The notes beneath the pieces are model-generated. The model did not search any database, was not told the DNA's origin, and saw only the letters and a list, made by a program, of their open reading frames with translations. DNA of 40,488 nucleotides from Pyrinomonadaceae bacterium. GTDB lineage: Bacteria > Acidobacteriota > Blastocatellia > Pyrinomonadales > Pyrinomonadaceae. Where the stretch lies: assembly GCA_035526605.1 (NCBI GenBank), contig DATLCA010000340.1, positions 1-40,488 on the forward strand, read 5' to 3'. Made by a program: the position numbers and the translations under genes. Positions 37,725-40,488 of the stretch are shown here, in pieces; positions within the stretch are counted from its first letter, which is position 1, and each line of letters starts with the position of its first letter.

Positions 37725-38357
37725 ATGAAAACAGACTTCGCAATTTCCCCTTCCAAGATCGTGTGTGTCGGACGAAACTACTCCGAGCACGCCAAAGAAC
37801 TCGGCAACGAAGTGCCCACGAGTCCCCTGCTTTTCTTGAAGGCGCCGTCGGCGATCATCGCGAGCGGCGACTCGATCGTGATTCCTGCACAGTCCAACCA
37901 AGTCGAGCACGAGGGGGAGCTTGCCGTCGTTATGGGACGGGATTGCAAAGATATTAACGATCAGGAAGATCCTCTCCAGTTCGTCGCCGGATATACCTGC
38001 CTCAACGACGTGACGGCGCGTGATATCCAACGCGCCGATGTTCAGTTTACAAGGGGGAAATCCTTCGACACTTTTTGTCCTATCGGCCCGCATATCGAAA
38101 CGGAGGTGGACGTTCGCGATCTGCGGGTCACGACAACGGTGAACGGAGTTGTTAAGCAGGACGGCCGGACCTCGCAGATGGTCTTCCCTGTCGACTTTCT
38201 GATCCGATACATTTCCCGGCAGATGACGCTTAAGGCCGGGGACGTGATCGCGACCGGCACTCCGTCGGGCGTTTCGAAACTAAATCCGGGTGACGTATGC
38301 GAAGTAACGGTCGAAGGTATCGGTACGTTGGTAAATTCAGTAGTCTCGGGCGGATGA
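37725..38357 (+). CDS. Fumarylacetoacetate hydrolase (FAH) family protein
   Basis: KIVCVGRNYSEHAKE, HEGELAVVMG, DVTARD, and GDVIATGTPSGV near the C-terminus. Confidence 0.85.
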   Translation: MKTDFAISPSKIVCVGRNYSEHAKELGNEVPTSPLLFLKAPSAIIASGDSIVIPAQSNQVEHEGELAVVMGRDCKDINDQEDPLQFVAGYTCLNDVTARDIQRADVQFTRGKSFDTFCPIGPHIETEVDVRDLRVTTTVNGVVKQDGRTSQMVFPVDFLIRYISRQMTLKAGDVIATGTPSGVSKLNPGDVCEVTVEGIGTLVNSVVSGG

Positions 38358-38402
38358 CCTTTTGTGTCGACCCGATGGTTGAACTAGAATAGGCAAACAG
38401 CT

Positions 38403-39053
38403 ATGAAATTTTTTATTGATACCGCGAATCTGGACGAGATCCGCGAAGCAAATGAGATGGGACTGATCGATGGAGTGACGACGAATCCGTCACTCATCGC
38501 GAAGGAGAAGGACGTCGATTTCAGAGAACATATCGCGAAGATCTGCGAGATGGTCAAAGGTGACGTGTCGGCCGAAGTGACTTCGCTCGATGTGGACGGC
38601 ATGCTCAAAGAAGGGCGCGAGTACGCGAAGATCGCACCGAACGTTGTCGTCAAATGCCCGCTCACTCTTGAAGGTTTGAAAGCCACCCGGACCTTGACCG
38701 ATGAAGGCACGGGAGTAAACGTGACGCTTTGTTTCTCGGCGGCTCAGGCGATTCTCGCGGCGAAGGCGGGTGCGAAATATATCTCGCCGTTTATCGGACG
38801 CCTGGACGATGTAGCCACGAACGGGATGCAGTTGATCTCGGACATCGTGCAGATCTACGGCAATTATGGGTGGGGCACGCAGGTCCTGGCCGCTTCGGTC
38901 CGCCATCCGATGCACATCGTCGAGTGCGCTCTCGTGGGTGCGGACGTTGCCACGGTTCCCTTCAAAGTGATCCAGCAACTGGTCAAGCATCCACTTACAG
39001 ACAAAGGATTGGAAGGCTTTATGGAGGACTGGAAAAAGAGCGGGCGCGGATAG
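38403..39053 (+). CDS. tal: Short-type transaldolase / fructose-6-phosphate aldolase
   Basis: [31 protein letters not shown], and the Schiff-base region VVVKCP. Confidence 0.92.
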   Translation: MKFFIDTANLDEIREANEMGLIDGVTTNPSLIAKEKDVDFREHIAKICEMVKGDVSAEVTSLDVDGMLKEGREYAKIAPNVVVKCPLTLEGLKATRTLTDEGTGVNVTLCFSAAQAILAAKAGAKYISPFIGRLDDVATNGMQLISDIVQIYGNYGWGTQVLAASVRHPMHIVECALVGADVATVPFKVIQQLVKHPLTDKGLEGFMEDWKKSGRG

Positions 39054-39440
39054 TTAGCCGTCCCCTTTCAATAACGATCTCAAATCTCCCTGTCTTGCGG
39101 CCGCCTCGACGTCTTGTTGGAGAGCGGCCTGATATTTTGCCCTAAAATCTTCATCCTCATCCTGCATGGAAATCAGTTCCCGGAGCTTCTGTAAATGGAG
39201 CTCTACGGTCTCAGCCGCGTAGCCGTCCTTTTGGGCGAACACCTCGTCGATCTCCACTATTAGGGTCGAAAACTTGCGCAGCCACGCGAAGTCCGGGTCT
39301 TCCAACAACACATTCAAAAACTGCCCACTGGTCACCGTGCCGTTGATTCCTTCCCAGATGGCTCGTTCATGATCGAGCAGGTTCTTGTGAAGTTTAAGCA
39401 ATAAATTCCGTGCGTCCCTTAATCGTTCTGAATTTTCCAT
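39054..39440 (-). CDS. Hypothetical helical protein
   Basis: 128-aa ORF with normal composition. It is divergent from marR across a repeat-rich intergenic region. I recognise no family. Confidence 0.5.
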   Translation of the reverse strand: MENSERLRDARNLLLKLHKNLLDHERAIWEGINGTVTSGQFLNVLLEDPDFAWLRKFSTLIVEIDEVFAQKDGYAAETVELHLQKLRELISMQDEDEDFRAKYQAALQQDVEAAARQGDLRSLLKGDG

Positions 39441-39490
39441 ACATAAATCTTACTACACGCTTAAAACTATCATTGCCCTTCTCACCTTTC

Positions 39491-39578
39491 CTTATTAGCC
39501 GGCTAATGGTAGCTTATTAGATAGCTAATGATTACTTATTAGCTGGCAATCAAATTCTTAATAGCTAGGAAATATAAG
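39491..39578. repeat. Four phased 22-bp direct repeats, each carrying an ATTAG-N4-CTAAT-type inverted repeat. This is an operator-like array.
   Basis: Units start at 39491, 39513, 39535 and 39557. They read CTTATTAGCCGGCTAATGGTAG, CTTATTAGATAGCTAATGATTA, CTTATTAGCTGGCAATCAAATT and CTTAATAGCTAGGAAATATAAG. ATTAGCCGGCTAAT (39494-39507) is a perfect 14-bp palindrome. Confidence 0.7.
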
Positions 39579-39592
39579 CACTTAAGGTAGTT

Positions 39593-40003
39593 ATGCACTT
39601 CGAGGACTCGGTCGCCTTCATGTTATCCAAGGCGAGCATCATTCATAAGAACTCACTCCAGAAATATGCGAGCTCGGTCGGTCTCCACAGCGGGCAGGTG
39701 TTCGTGATGATGGAGCTCTGGAAAACCGACGGGCAGCGGCAGATCGACCTGGCGGCGCGGCTGAACCTTTCCCCGCCGACGGTGAACAAGATTTTGGGAG
39801 GGCTCCTCGAAAATGATTTTGTCACCCGGGCGCGATATGAAGACGACGCCAGATCGACGCGCATTTTCCTCACACCAAAAGGAGTCCAGGTCCGAGAAGC
39901 TCTCGAACAAGCCTGGGAAGAACTGGAGGAACAAACGCTGATGAGCCTCACAGATACCGAAGCTCTCATGCTGAAGCAGCTTCTCCAGAAGCTGTTCCGA
40001 TAG
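39593..40003 (+). CDS. MarR family transcriptional regulator
   Basis: Winged-HTH layout: GLHSGQVFVMMELWKTDGQRQIDLAARLNLSPPTVNKILGGLLENDFVTR ... DARSTRIFLTPKG. Confidence 0.85.
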   Translation: MHFEDSVAFMLSKASIIHKNSLQKYASSVGLHSGQVFVMMELWKTDGQRQIDLAARLNLSPPTVNKILGGLLENDFVTRARYEDDARSTRIFLTPKGVQVREALEQAWEELEEQTLMSLTDTEALMLKQLLQKLFR

Positions 40004-40065
40004 CTCGCACGTTCTTTCTCACTGGCACGGTCTTTCTCAAAGGTAAAGATCTTATTCGGTTTTCG

Positions 40066-40090
40066 TTCCGTGGCTTCCGTGTATTCCGTG
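40066..40090. repeat. Three TTCCGTG motifs at an exact 9-bp period
   Basis: TTCCGTG at 40066, 40075 and 40084. The nearby direct repeat GCACG(T/G)TCTTTCTCA occurs at 40007 and 40025. Confidence 0.6.
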
Positions 40091-40341
40091 GTTGTGGCAC
40101 GCACGGCAAGCAAACGGTGGTCGAAGTCCCTCTCGGATTTGAAAGGCCGCGCGTTTCGTATCTTCGCTCTGTTCGTGCGATTTCGCGTGGTTTCGTAGTT
40201 CAGGCTCCCGGCGCGATCTTGCCGGAACCACCAACCCAGACGAAATCACACGAAGAAAGCGAGGCAGAACAACAAGGAATCGCTACGCCTTTCGTCGAAA
40301 GGGGGTTAGAATAGCCGCGTAAAAGTGGGGCTCACCTTTGT

Positions 40342-40488
40342 ATGAAAATATTGTTTGCCACCGACGGGGCGAAACAAAGTGACGCGGCGATCGAAATGCT
40401 GCGACACTTCGCGTTGTCGGATGGCGACGAAATTCGGATAGTCAGTGTCGTCGACATGGCCGTGCCGATGGCGATAGACATTTACGGC
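40342..40488 (+). CDS. N-terminal fragment of a universal stress protein (UspA-like) family protein. It runs off the window.
   Basis: Own translation: MKILFATDGAKQSDAAIEMLRHFALSDGDEIRIVSVVDMAVPMAIDIYG, which resembles a typical Usp N-terminus (ILxATDGS...A). No stop within the window. Confidence 0.55.
   Translation, partial: MKILFATDGAKQSDAAIEMLRHFALSDGDEIRIVSVVDMAVPMAIDIYG

Noticed and set aside
39051-39056. tal and the convergent 128-aa gene end back-to-back (TAG then TTA) with zero spacer and no terminator hairpin.
   Set aside because: The observation is real, but it most likely just means the 3' UTRs overlap. I cannot support a functional inference from it.

Overview
The window is a chromosomal segment from a diderm bacterium. 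The gene content and style suggest Acidobacteriota, but that is inference only. No rRNA, tRNA, CRISPR array, transposase or integrase was recognised.

Layout:
- 1-12610: a Wzx/Wzy-type surface-polysaccharide (O-antigen-like) locus. It holds a flippase C-terminus, a methyltransferase and an inverted Wzy-like polymerase. It also holds an ADP-heptose module (HldC-GmhA fusion, HldA, GT9 heptosyltransferase) and a UDP-2-acetamido-2,6-dideoxy-L-hexose module (RmlD-like reductase, CapE/FnlA-type dehydratase, 2-epimerase). Two GT4 transferases and a WbpL/WecA-type initiating transferase complete it.
- 12626-14980: the most unusual part, a three-gene module. It comprises an HprK-like P-loop kinase, a PqqD-like (RRE) protein and an NTP_transf_5-type nucleotidyltransferase. 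The PqqD-like protein is fused in frame to an internal twin-arginine-type signal and a 34-aa six-Cys tail. No lasso cyclase or protease is present, which makes this a candidate uncharacterised peptide-modification system.
- 14977-40488: mostly housekeeping genes. These are tsaB-rimI, a DUF465 gene, a PQQ-repeat beta-propeller, ssb, accA, dnaE, miaB, a BFN nuclease-like gene, parA-parB and metK-ahcY. They continue with a REC-only regulator, a fused LptF-LptG permease, recO, a C26 amidotransferase, hslVU and an FN3 lipoprotein. The block ends with a FAH-family hydrolase, transaldolase, a MarR regulator with a phased 22-bp operator-like array, and a partial Usp-like gene.

All functional calls come from motif-level reading of the supplied translations. 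None were verified by search.
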